Positions 27,427-40,173 of a stretch of DNA of 64,000 nucleotides are shown piece by piece. This DNA is from Dimorphilus gyrociliatus. Lineage: Eukaryota > Animalia > Annelida. The position numbers and the translations under genes are program-made. The notes below the pieces were generated by a model that did not search any database, was not told the DNA's origin, and worked only from the letters and a program-made list of their open reading frames with translations. Location of the stretch: positions 703,812 through 767,811 of the forward strand of contig CAJFCJ010000022.1 of the NCBI GenBank assembly GCA_904063045.1, given 5' to 3'. Within the stretch, counting starts at the first letter, position 1; the number at the start of each line of letters is the position of its first letter.

Positions 27427-29095
27427 TCACCAGCTAGCATTAGTAGGTGGCTTATGGTGGGCAGTAGGCGGAGAAGGGGCGTAAAAGGATGGGGGATAAT
27501 ACCCTGCACCGTATCCCCTCTCGTAGTTGAACGTCTGACTGGGTAAAGAAGAAGCATAAGATTTGAAAGCGTCGTAACCATGACAATATTGATCCGCCGA
27601 ATAGTCCGGTGTGGGATAAGGCGGCACGTACGATTCGGTATAGTTATTAGCCAATGCAGTTCGACTAGAGTAATTACTGCGGATTACTGATTCTCGATTG
27701 GCGTAAAGTGATCTCAAAAGATGCGACGCAGGGAGAATACCGGGTGTCTCTTCAGTTGGTAGATGGCGGTTCATTGCCTCTTCTAGATCCCTAACTGACG
27801 AATTAGGAGCGGCGTCACCAACACCAGGAGATACTTTGGCCAAATCTTGTTGAGAAGGTGTCGACACAAGTTTGGTTGGAGATGTTCTTTTTTCTTCTTC
27901 TTCAAGCTCTTCATCCTCTTCTTCCTCCTCCTCTTCCTCCGTATTTTGGTGAAATTTTCTTCCTCTCTTCTTTGGCTTATCCATTTTCCTTCGACCAACA
28001 CCTAGCGTTTACGTTGTTTTTTTTAATTCATTAACATATTGTAAACAAACAGAGCGCAATTGTCTCAACCGTCAAATAATATTTAAACAAAACACAACAC
28101 AAGTATTTATTTCCTCTTACCTTTCTCTTCTTCTTTGTACAACACCTCCAGCGCTTCCGTTACTGGACCGTCCTTGACCTTAGAGGGCTCCGGTGTGACC
28201 GACGTTATGGGTGATGCAAACGGTAATTGACGACTATCTAAGACGCAGTTGCCCCGCTCGACTCCACTTAATGAAGATAAAATTGAATTTATACAAGGGA
28301 CAAATTTTTACCGACAGGTGGCGTTACCTGAGGACATAATTGACAGCAATGATATTTTGTTCGTCGCTGTGCTTGGAACTGTAGACGGCCGTTGCGCAAG
28401 TTTGAAGCCATACGTAACCTCCACTCTTGTTCAAGAGCCGGTAGTAATCGGTCATCACTTGACCTTTACTGAGCACTATAAACATAAAGAAAAAGCGTCT
28501 TTATTTAATAGAAAGATAAAGGATAAAGGGAGTAAATAACATTGAAATAGCACCACGAGGCTTTTAGATTGAAAAAGTAAAAAACAAATAGATATCTAAA
28601 TTAACGAATAAAAAGATAAAGAAAAAGAAGAACAAGAACAAGAACAAGAACAAAAAGAGCAAGACTGCCGATATTTAAAGTTAATTTTACATTGACAATT
28701 TATATGTTAAACAAATAAAAGAAACGCTGTTCGGGAACAACCACCGTTATTTGACCTTTACGTAAGACTAATAGCGGGAACAGCGGGACGGAAAACAAGT
28801 AGAAAGAAACATGGCAGAGCCGATTGGCTAAAAGAGACGCCGCCTTTTTAGGCCTAAACCAGGCGTTATTGGTAGACGACTCACGTAGGCGCCGCGCTTC
28901 CGTCGCAATTCTGCATGCGAGCAACGGTCGGCCTTTGGGATTTTTCCGTGCATATATACATTGAATATTTACATTTATTACTTGCTTTTTCACGTTTTTA
29001 TTGACATTCCGTACCATGTCAAGATTTCTATTCTATATTCGATAACGAAATAAAATTACATTGCACAATCAGTTGTTCCGTTTCTCATCATTTCT

Positions 29096-29135
<40 letters not shown>

Positions 29136-32100
29136 GTCTTTCCTTCTCCCCGTTCCTACATCCTCCTCTTTCTGGTCAGGGGAATGAGAGAGGCTCTGAG
29201 AGCAAGAGAAACTAAAGAGTATTAAATAGAAACTGCGTGCAGTGAAGTACAATGAACTTGTTGGCGATTATCTCATAATCAGAGTTATAAAATATGATTA
29301 TTTAAGAGAATTATGGTCCATATCAATTTTTAAACAATCACTTGCTTAATGATAATTGAAAAAGGAAATGGTAAAGTGATTGATCGCAAAAAAATTCCTT
29401 TTTCATTAAGCACCGTAATAAAAGCTATAAATGTCGTCTGGAACTAGGCTCTGATCGCGTGACGACATTTAAACACAAATTTCTTCCATATTCCTCATTT
29501 ACATATGCTCTAAATGTACGTAAAGTGGACATGCAAAAGTAATTTGTACTAAGAGTTGAATATTAAAGGGGATAATAACCTCATTTATCCCGGATCACGT
29601 TCCATTTTTTTTCTCTTTTGCTCTCTTATACTTTACGCTAAGCAACTCAGCTCAACTCTTGCTATTCAACAGTCTTCTTCGCGCTGTTCAGACAGCGTTT
29701 ACTTTATTCAATTCCGCCCTATATGTTTCTTTTTATTTCACTCATTAAATACCATAAAAAATACAGGCGCAGTGTTTTACTGTCAGGGACCGTGTGCATT
29801 TATCCTAAATCTGCTATAGATCAATATCACTTAATCACCGTTCCCCTCGGGTAAAGTTTTTCCTATAATTGCGCAGGGGAAAATGGCAAAACTATAAAGG
29901 TAAAGAGAGTGATTGAGAGAAATAGGGAGTGAGTGAGAGAGAGAGAGAGAGACACAAGAGTTTGGATGGAGAGATTGCAACAAAGTGTCTAAACAAATAA
30001 ACAAACTAAACACACTAGTGGGAGGAAAAACGTATGAAAAATGTTGCCACCCACTTTTTATCCAAATGAAAATATTAATTAGTTTATAAAAAATTCAAAA
30101 TAATAGACTATCAATCACTTATCCAATTTTCGCAACCCTCAGAGGTGACCTCCTCCTAGAGGCAGGGGTCATTTTTACCTTATAAATATTCTATATACTC
30201 CAACTAGACGCTCTCTCTCTCTCTCTCTCTCTCGCTCTCCTCTCTTAAAACACCTGATAATGTATAATAATCCACCACTGGTACTCACAGTCTAAGTGCG
30301 CCTTACGTAACTTCTGTCCATCCTCTGCATGGCAAAGAGAATATAAAGTGACGCCGTTCATCTCGTCTACGCTCATGTCCATCAAGTCGGCTATTCTTGG
30401 TTCAACGTATGTTACTTGAAAACCTTGATTTAAGCGGCTGACGAACATGTCCGAGTCCAAAGGTAATTCGTTGACTGTGGGAGGAGGTAGAGCTATAGCC
30501 ATTCCCACAATTCCTAATAAGGGTCTCTGTGATGCCTTTCTAGGTAATGAGAAAGTGAACTGGTGTCTAAGGCGAGTAAGAATTTGAACGACCCTATTAT
30601 TTGGACAAAAAAAAAAGACTCGTAAGATAATTGTTGAATGATTAGTTACTGCATTTTTTGGCCTACCTGTAACCGTTACTCTTAACATGAACGCCTCTCT
30701 TCGTTAGCGTCGACTTCATTCGAACGCAAAAGGAACGTTCGCTGGAACGCTTAGTTATTGTTTGTCCGACGATAGCCGTCGCTGTAGACAAAAAACGATC
30801 CATCAAAAGGGTAAATCTCTATCCAGGGCATTCACTTTGTATTATTCGAAATCTCGGAAAGGAGAGAGAGAAGAGACAAAATATGCGTAAAGGCGTAGAA
30901 AGACTATACTATCTAAATCTCTTCTTTTCTCTCCTTCTTTCATTTTCTTATCATTTATCATGCACCCCCCTTTCTGCCTTAGATTATTCGACCAAGTTTA
31001 TTGATTTACACTGACGTAAAGAGAGAACTATTAAGAAAGGAAGAAAGAAGAAAAGAGGCAAAGAAGAAAGGAAAAAAAGGTTTATTTTAGGATTTTCCCT
31101 TCTCTGAAAGAAAAAAAACGAAAAAGAAAAGCGTTACAGTTAAATAATGCCTCCTACAACTATCCTACACCGACGTAAAATAGAACGATTGCTTTATCAG
31201 CGACGCTCTAGCGATATGACAGATGAGCTAATTAAATGATGTGTACAGTTAGCGGGGGCGGCCGACTTTCGTTGACCCGCGTCCGGTCGGCTGGACGTCA
31301 GGGGCGTCTAGTGCGTCTATTGTAGATGCCCTGAGCGGACAAGGCTGCCCCTAGGGCTGTTTGTCGTCACGCCTTTGACTGAGAACACGGTTATGACGCC
31401 GAGTTTTTTATTGGCCTTTACTCCTCTCAATCAGTAAACGACTATAAAATGGAAACATTACGTATACACTATCTAGTCGACGTCCAATTCCGCCTATTTA
31501 CTCCAAATAACGACTGTCTTTATTAGATATGCAGTAAAGGAGATAGCATATTATACATTACTCATGTTTCTCCAGGACAAAAGGGGTCAGATCAAGATAA
31601 GAAAATACGGTATTTCTATACCAGTATATACAGTATATATATTATCTAGACTAAAAACTCTCGTTTAGAATCTAACGTCGTCGTGGAGCGTCAACTCTAG
31701 ACGCTCCGTGCCGAGAATTAGCAAAAGCGACGGCCATTAAGCGTGATTACTTACCTTTGTCGGCGGGCGTCGGTGACGTCCTTTCGTCACCGTTTCTGGG
31801 CGACGGCAAGGAGACTCCATTCGGTGCGCATAAACCTAATTGTTCGGCCACCTCCTGCTGATCGGCTTGGTGAATATAGTCGAAAAAGTTACTTCCGGTC
31901 ATCTCAACCTATTTTAAAAAGCAAGCGAAAAAATAAGCAACCGTAATAAACAAAAAAAATATAGGGTTAAACAAACAACTTTTGTAGTTGTCGACCGTAG
32001 GTCATCTAGACCAGCAACAGGCGGAACGACGCGTCACGCAGGCGTCACATCGTTACGAGCCTCGTGACGCCCGTAAAACGTTGCTTATCTGAGGCGCGAG

Positions 32101-35100
32101 TTCGGCGAGCGGCAACAAAGAGACGTCTATTACGTTCGCCGCCGTCATTATGGACAGGAGACGCCCCGAGAGACGCCGCAGGAAATAAGAGCATTAAGCG
32201 GCGTCTCGGGCTTGTTTGTGTCAACAACTTCGTGTTGCAAGGGGTCAAATTGTTTTTTTTTTTTCTTACCTGAGAGAGGCCTAAATAAATTGAGACGGTT
32301 TCCGAAATGTAAAGGAAGCGGCCGTCTGTTGTGAGGGCAAAGGCGAAGCCGTCAAGGCTCTGTTCAAATAAAAAAGAAAGATGATTAAATATCCTCGAAA
32401 ATACGGTCAGTCGAATTAACAAAACAAACAAAGAAGAGCGTATTGTCAATAAAACAAACAGAACAAAAACGGATAGTATGATAGTGGAGAAGGATAAGAA
32501 TGAGAAGGAGAAAGAGAAGGAGAAAGGAGGGACGAGAGAGGAGAAAAAGGGGGAAAAAATTGAAACTGTTTCAATAATTACTGTCGTTGTTGCACAAATA
32601 ATAAATGATAATGAAAGAAAAGGTTTTTTTTAGAAAATCTTCTGGAAAATGACTAATTCTTCTCTTTTTTCTCCAAATTATACTCAATCATAGTTTACTT
32701 AATGCAGATGGAATAGTTTTGTAATGGCCAGAGAAAGGCCGAATGAAAAAGGCATCTTATAAACTGCCAGCTCTTTACGCCCTTTATCTTCAGCCAGATT
32801 TTTAATTTCCATCATATTCTCTGTCCAGATTTTACAGGATGATGACATTATGACCCCGGCCATCCCCTCTTTTCATAACTTACATCCGGTCGTTACAGAG
32901 GATTAGCGCACCTTATCAGCGCTGTCCTTTCATCTCATCCGTCCGTCTTGTGTACACATGAAACGCCGGACCGTCACGCTTGATCGACGCTTTTTTCGAT
33001 TTGCGTCACCGACTTTGATTTACGACGTCAGCTGCCCGCAACGCTATTGACAGTAGTGTCCAGTTCGGGGCGCAAGATCGCTATCTTTCACCAACTGCAT
33101 TTCTATACGTACTCGACCGCAATTTTTTACCAGCCAGCTCCAATCTATATGTATATTTTTTCCGCTTTCCACCCTCATTTTTTCTTTACCCTTTGCTTTT
33201 TTCCCTACTGTCCACTCATTTCTTATTCTCCCTTATTTCTCTTATTTCACTTTTGTGAAAATATAATATACAGAGCGTCACTTCTCTTCTCATATTGAGT
33301 ATCTATTTCTTTCTTTAATATTCCTATCAACCATTTCATTTTTTATTCATCTATTCCATCGCTAGATATTTTATACTCTCTTTTTCCTTATGATTCCTCT
33401 TCTTCCTCTTTTTTATCATTCCTTTTCCCTCCTTCCTTCCTCTTCCAAACCCCTAATTTCCAGTTCACTCACTATCCCCTCTCCGTCTTCCCCTCTATTT
33501 TTCAGTGCTATATCGGTCTTTCAACCTTTCCCCTCCTCTTAACCCCTCCCTAAAAAACGCACTCGAACCCTTAAATAACTATGATTAACTACAATAATCC
33601 TATATCCCCTTTAACGACCGGATTGTCGAAAACTTGTATGTGCAGTTGTTGCATTTTTTTTGCAGTATATTGTTGCAGATTAACCTAAGATGAAAAACGG
33701 GCGAGGAGTTGGCGCTGATAAAGTGCCCTAATCCTAGTTCCATAATGACTGCTTTCTAATAAAAGTCCCTGTGGGAAAAAAATGAGCACTGCAATTTTGC
33801 AATTTTGTTTTGCTGTTTATCCTCAGATGCTGGTAAGGACAAGGGGGTGAAGAGGCTGATTAGAGAAGAGTTTGAAGAGAAGAAGAGGAGGAGGAGGAGG
33901 AAGAAGATCGAAGATTTTGATAATTTAATAGTTAATTTTTTTCAACTATTAAATATTTTGTATCAACAAACGAATGAAAATAATAATAATAGAGACTTTA
34001 ATAATGGAATTATTATTAAAGAGATGCCAAAATGAGAGAAGACAGATTTCTGTTTTCATCTTTCTCTATTAAAAACTATCTCATAACCATTCGGTATGTT
34101 TCCTCAATAATTAATTAGTAATTGATTAATTAATTAATTACACTATTAAATTCTCAATCCACAGAAATCCAAGGGGTATATACGTAACAGAATGGGTATA
34201 TGTATCCATTTTCATCCTTGTCCTTCTCCTCCTCATTCACATTCTCCTCATCATTTGCTCCATCGTCAAACTCATCCCCTCGTCTGCTTCTCTATTTTCA
34301 TTTGCTCCTCCATTTCTTTTCCGTGGCTTGAAGAACATCTAAGAATGTATAGATAGTACAATTCTTATCTTTTGCCTTATTCTCTTAGGATTGCCCAATT
34401 TAAAATTCTCTTTTTTTTTCAAAGCTTTTAGTCAGAGTATACCCCTCTTCTTCTCGTACAGGCCTATATAATAGAACATCTGTCCGACATGGCGTTCCTT
34501 TTCCGATTCGATTACGTCGCTCATTAGACGCCCGTCGACGTTCGTTTCTCGGGAGACGTCGCTGACGAAGACAATGTCCAGGCAAGGACTCTTATAAATA
34601 AAAAATAGACTTTCATGCAAGTTTTTTCAGCATTGACTTTTCGCGGCAAAAAATTTATTCAGAGGGCGTCTACGGGGCGGTAACGCGACTAGTCGTCGAG
34701 CGGATTGCGTTCGCCCTTCGTGACCTTGACCTTTTGATTTTCGACGCCTTTTCTTGTTTAGCGGTCGCAAATATTTGGAACAGCGTGAAATTAGAAAATA
34801 TCTGCCATAAGACAAAAGATGTAAGACGGAGAAGGAAGAAGCCAAAGTAGGCAAACAGATAAATGAACTTTAGAACAAACAAACAAACATTTCGATGACG
34901 ATTATTAAAGTAAACATAAACAATAAGAAGATAAAAAGTACGAAAATGACAGTAGAGAATAGGTAAACAAACAAGACAACTAAATAATAACGAAGACTAA
35001 ATGACTAAGAAAAAAGTATATACCTGTAAAATATGAGTTCCCTGTTGCAAGTCGAAAGTTTCAATACCTAAACTTCTATTTCGGCGTCCCTGAACTGAGG

Positions 35101-37705
35101 CTGACGAATGGAAAAACAAATGAAATCCCTAAATAAAACGAATGTTTCAAAACATCTACAGTATATATACAACTTATAACCAGCCACATTGGAGAAGATG
35201 TAGACAGTCTTTAATTGAATGGGATAAGAAAAAGAAGGATATAAAAAGAAACGACTACCGACTTAAGAAGAGAATAAGCGTTGTAAAACGGTATTATTAA
35301 ATGGACTATAAAAAAGAAAGAGTAGTCCGTACGTACTCTTTTTTTTTTATATATATAAATTTTATAGATGTATATAGACCATTTAAATCTGTGTAGACGC
35401 AGGAACATAGATAGATGCGCTGCATTTTCACATATAGATATATATGGGAATATATCTGAATGGATAGCAATAAACTAATTTAGTTGACGGATAGTTGTAA
35501 AAAGAAAGCAGTGTTTTCGTCAACCGACGCTACTCTCTCTCTCTCTCTCGCGCGCGCGCTTTGAAGAGAGAGAGAGAGAGAAGAAAGAAGCGAGGATAGC
35601 GGATGAAAAGAAGAAAAAGTACACTGCATTAACTAAAAATAAATTGGCATCATTCTGAAAATTGAATGGAATAAAATCCATAATAAATAAAATTTATTTA
35701 AAGAACGAGCCGCTTTTTATACAACAGTTCAAAAGGACCGACTTTTCTCGCCTAATCACTGGCCTACAGTCCGCTCACCGCGTTAAGGTCTATGTAAATT
35801 TTTTTCCATTCTTTCTCGTTCGGGGAGGTTTTCTGTTTTGTTTTCGTTCTAAGTATTTTTATTGCTGTTGCGTCCGGGGTGGGCGCGCTTGATTTACGCC
35901 GCATTACGACTAACGACCGAAAATGAATGTCAACGGACGCACGGATTAGTTTTTTTCTTATCCTCATAAAAAAAGAGGACAAACCTTGACCTTCGGGGCT
36001 CGTTTACAACATTACTTCCAATCTAAAAGACAAACCTTTCTTACATCCTTCGCTCGTCCATGGCGGATCGCCATGGGCAGAGAAGTCGCGTAACTTTAAG
36101 TAAGAGATCGTCAAACGGATTATAGACGCCTTATCGAGTTGAGATGTAATGGCGCCCGGAAGCGGAAGCATTTTAGCCAATTCATAAAATTCGTAGTTTT
36201 CCTTTCCCCTTCTCGACCTAGCAGCATCCCTCGATTTTTCCTTGCGTAACTCCAAAATACTAGGATGAATAGAGTAAATAGTTAAATTTTACGAAGAAAG
36301 AGAAAAAAGTATGGGAATGACAATTGAACGAGAGAAGAGACCAGAGATAGGAGGCCAAAAAAAAACCATTCAATTTTTAAAGCGGAAAGAACGAGAAAGA
36401 AAGAGAGAGAGAGAGAGAGAGAGAAAAGAAATAACTAATAATAAATAACATTGGCACTTCCTCGTTCTAATTGAAAATTCGTCATGTTTATAACGACTGT
36501 TTGTGACTTTGACAAAGACGACGACAATACATCATGTTTTTTTTTTTTTTAAAGCACTTCCGATTTTTCTGTAATGGACATTTTTATTTTACGACTGGTG
36601 TATTTGACATTGAAAAAAAATATACGTGGGTGGTATTCTTCAAAATATATAAATATAACTTTATATATATATCTTTATATGATAATAATAAAATTCTTTT
36701 TTCTATTTTTAAACATTCTCATTTCTCTCTCTCTCTCTCTCTCAATATAGATTACATGCGTTTTGAACACTTATTTATATCCTACTCTAACCCATTATCT
36801 ATATACATATCTCCTTATATATCTCCTTATTTATCTCACCATCCATCTATACTTCCATCCATCTTTTTTTTCGTTTCTTCCTATTCTCTCTTTCTATCTG
36901 TCTATCTATCTCCCTCCCTCCCTCCCTCGCTCCCTCCCTACTTCGCCAAGTCATTTCTTAAAAAAACACCAGAAAGTAACTATTTAATTGGCTTCTAAAC
37001 CATTTTAGATCGTCTTAACTTGCTTAATAATAAATAAACAGCTGTTTTTGACTGTTGCTGACAAGGAGAACGCGATAAGAATGTCCATTTGTAATTATAG
37101 GCTTTTACGCTATCTCAAGTAGTGCAAACTTAATTTTTTCTCTAGAAAATTATTTCTAACTACTGTTTCTGACAAGAAAACGTGAGTCGAATCCTACGTG
37201 GCCAATTTAAATTATTTCCTCCCTTACTTTTCCTTCTTATCCCAACATAAAACGCCGCCTAACGCAAACAAATTAATATTTTTTCCTCAATGTTCTTAGC
37301 GCTCTTTTAAATCAAAAACCCGACACCTTGATAATGTTTCCCTTTCTTTCTTTTTTTTTCCTCGTGTAGTTCTTCCTCTCTTTCTTTTTCGTCTCTTCCT
37401 CCCCGTCCTCCATTTTCTCGTGTCGAATCATAACATTTGCGTTATTCGAAACGTTAACAGTGCAATCGTCATATTTTGCCAAATTAACAACTTCAAACAA
37501 ATATATGCAAATACGTCAAATACCCTATACACATTGCACTGATTCCTTATGGTTATAAAGAAAAACCTTAAATAAACTCTCTTTCTACAAAAACTTTAAG
37601 GTTTCAATTTTAAAAATATTCATAACGTTTCCGTTGTCTTTTTTGTCCTACCAATAGAAATTCCTATGTCTATTTGTTTTCCTATCTATTTATCCTTTTT
37701 TCCTC

Positions 37706-37737
<32 letters not shown>

Positions 37738-38339
37738 TATCCCAGGTGTTTTCTTCTTCTTCTCCCCCTCCCCCTTTTCTCTTATTCGTACAAGTCTAGA
37801 TATTTTTGAACTATTTATCGCTTTAAGAATATCTCCTTAAATCTCTCCTTCTCGTTTTCTTCCCTATCCATTCATTCATCTATCTTACTATCTGTCTGTC
37901 GGTTTGTCTCGTTTTTTCGCTCTTTCTATCCTTCTTCCATTCTTCTAGCTCACATTTTTGACTGCCTATTCATTTTCGTTTATTTTCTCGCTAACCGAAA
38001 AAGTCTATAAAGCTGTCTTTCTTTCTTTCTTTCTTTCTATTTTTTTCTCTTCTTCTCTGAACCCGAAGGCTGATTTTGGCCTTTTTTGGGAACGTAAAGT
38101 ATAAACGAAGCGCTCCGTTAAGATCTCCTTCGAAAATCCTCGATTGACAGCGCGAATGCGTAAGATTCTGATAAGGACAAAATTTTCACAAACCCGTCGA
38201 AATTCGTTAAAGCCGGTGCTGGATGCTGGAAAACTTGCGATGGAGCATGATGAAGCATATGATGGCTATGGTGATGATGATGATGATGATGATGCATTGC
38301 AGCGGCCGCCGCTATACCGTATTCACACAACGACGACAT
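27427..38339 (-). CDS. trh: Trachealess (NPAS1/NPAS3 orthologue) bHLH-PAS transcription factor, 10 coding exons, 659 aa
   Basis: Exons 38194-38339, 36036-36259, 35024-35100, 32270-32359, 31755-31908, 30667-30781, 30289-30593, 28328-28475, 28121-28266, 27427-28001 total 1980 nt; all introns are GT-AG and all phases match. The b[37 protein letters not shown]...[14 protein letters not shown] is Trh-type, not Sim-type. PAS-A (QGTHILQ|SLDGF), [23 protein letters not shown] ([26 protein letters not shown]) and the C-terminal [10 protein letters not shown] are present. Confidence 0.96.
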
Positions 38340-38430
38340 TCTATAGCCTTATAACTGAAAAACTCCTCTACTCCTGCCCACTCTTCATTACGTATGCCAC
38401 ACCAATAGCCACTCAGCAAGGCAAATAAAG

Positions 38431-38449
38431 CGGCCACCAGGAGGCGCTA
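38431..38449 (+). promoter_or_regulatory. Near-consensus CTCF site just upstream of the trh start codon
   Basis: CGGCCACCAGGAGGCGCTA matches the consensus TGGCCACCAGGGGGCGCTA at 17/19 positions in an AT-rich background. Confidence 0.7.
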
Positions 38450-38707
38450 ATTGCCAGACACTATATTTTACAATTTTTTCCGTCTCATAGACATTTATAT
38501 ATGTTCTTTAATGTTTCGTTATGTAACGTAAATTAATATCCTTCTAAATTATTGTAAAACAAGTTCCTTTGAAATTAATACGCCTATTTTTCCGATAAAA
38601 AGCCTATTAAATTTTGTAGAAAAAAAAAATCTACATTTTTCATGCATTCAACATTTTCCAACATTAATTTCACATTATTTATTTTACTTTCTCTCTCTCC
38701 TCGCCCT

Positions 38708-38750
<43 letters not shown>

Positions 38751-39475
38751 GTTAATTAGTCAATTTCTTCTTTCGTTCTCCCTACTCCTCCCTCTCTTCC
38801 TCCTCCTCATTCCTCACTAAAACCAGTTTTCTGTAATGATGCTTATCTTCTTCAGCTCATTTCTTCGTTAATTAATTACTCGTCCGTTACTCTATTAAAA
38901 TCCCAAATTGTCTTCTTTCGATCTTCCCACTCCTCCCTCTAAATGCAACTTTTTATTTCTCTTCTTTCTCTATTCCCAACTAGAAATGTTATTTTTTTCT
39001 TGGCAAACTTGAATTTATTCTCATCACACGCTCGCGAACCTCATCTCCTATTCCGACTACTGTTACAACTTGTAAATTAGACGGTCGGCCGTCTCTTAAT
39101 TCATCTTGCAAATCTTTCAAGTTATTGAACTAGATTTGGGAAAAATAGAAGAGGCTGCATTCTAAACTAGGTTGACCCAATATAGGCACTCGTATTTTAT
39201 ATGCTTATAACGAGGCGTCGATAGAAATCATTTAATTACACCCAACTTTATCATGATTTATAGCTCTGACAAAATCGTTCATTTTGCCCACTTTATTATT
39301 ATCTTTAATTTCCGTTTCCTGGGCAAAATTTTACCCCTTTACCCTGTTTCTTTATATTTTTTCCTCCATAGATGTCAATGTTCAATCAATTACAAACAAC
39401 GCTAATGACATCTGTTTTCATTTCGTTTCTCCCTTTCATCCACTTGACATTTCTAATACTTTTTGTTGTTAGTTT

Positions 39476-39506
<31 letters not shown>

Positions 39507-39968
39507 ATCAACATCAACAACATCATCATCGCTATTGTCTTAGTCAATGTACTCTTATTCTCTGCGTAAGACGACTCTAGAATGAAATTGCTATCGTAAA
39601 AACACGCTTTCTAATTTATCGAAGGGCGAGTATGTTTCTCCCTATTGCTTTTCTCTGACTGACCAAATCTATTAAAAATTCTCAGACAAGTCGAGTAGAT
39701 AACAAGATGAAAAAAAGTAACGCGTAAACGCCTGGCAAGCTTTACACTAGTTGGCGATGCATAACGTCTCGCCAGATTGTACAAACAGGGCAAACTTCTC
39801 CGTAAAATGATGTCGTGCTCGAGTTGGACATATAATTGCTTACGTAAACTATTCGTTGTCGGTGGCACGACCGTATCATTGTTACAACTCTCGTTACGCA
39901 ACGCTAGAGGGTCGCGCATTTTTTTATCCGTATTATACGCATTCGCTGCCCGATTTTAGGGATAGAGA

Positions 39969-39983
39969 GGCGCCATCTGACGG
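39969..39983 (-). promoter_or_regulatory. CTCF-like site (reverse) upstream of trh
   Basis: The minus strand reads CCGTCAGATGGCGCC, fitting CCASYAGRKGGCRS with two 5' deviations. Confidence 0.55.
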
Positions 39984-40161
39984 ATCCCGATTTGTTCTTT
40001 CCCTACAGATCAAATTTAATAGAAATTAAGAGTATGATGAGAAAAACGACGTCACTGGCCGTCTGCTAAGAGTTTTCTCTCTCTTTCATCGTTTATTTTA
40101 TTCTTTTTGACAAATTGTACAATTTATCCGTATTTAGACAAATTCCCTTATCCTCTTACAG

Positions 40162-40173
40162 TGCGCATGCGCA
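40162..40173. promoter_or_regulatory. Perfect NRF1/Erect wing palindrome TGCGCATGCGCA
   Basis: Exact 12-bp match to the YGCGCAYGCGCR consensus; the only one I saw in the window. Confidence 0.55.

Noticed and set aside
28249-28539. Plus-strand 96-aa ORF
   Set aside because: It is the antisense shadow of trh exons 8-9.
36004-36255. Calling the bHLH-PAS gene single-minded (sim)
   Set aside because: Sim begins MKEKSKNAARTRREKEN. This sequence has [22 protein letters not shown] and [10 protein letters not shown], which are Trh/NPAS1-3 signatures.
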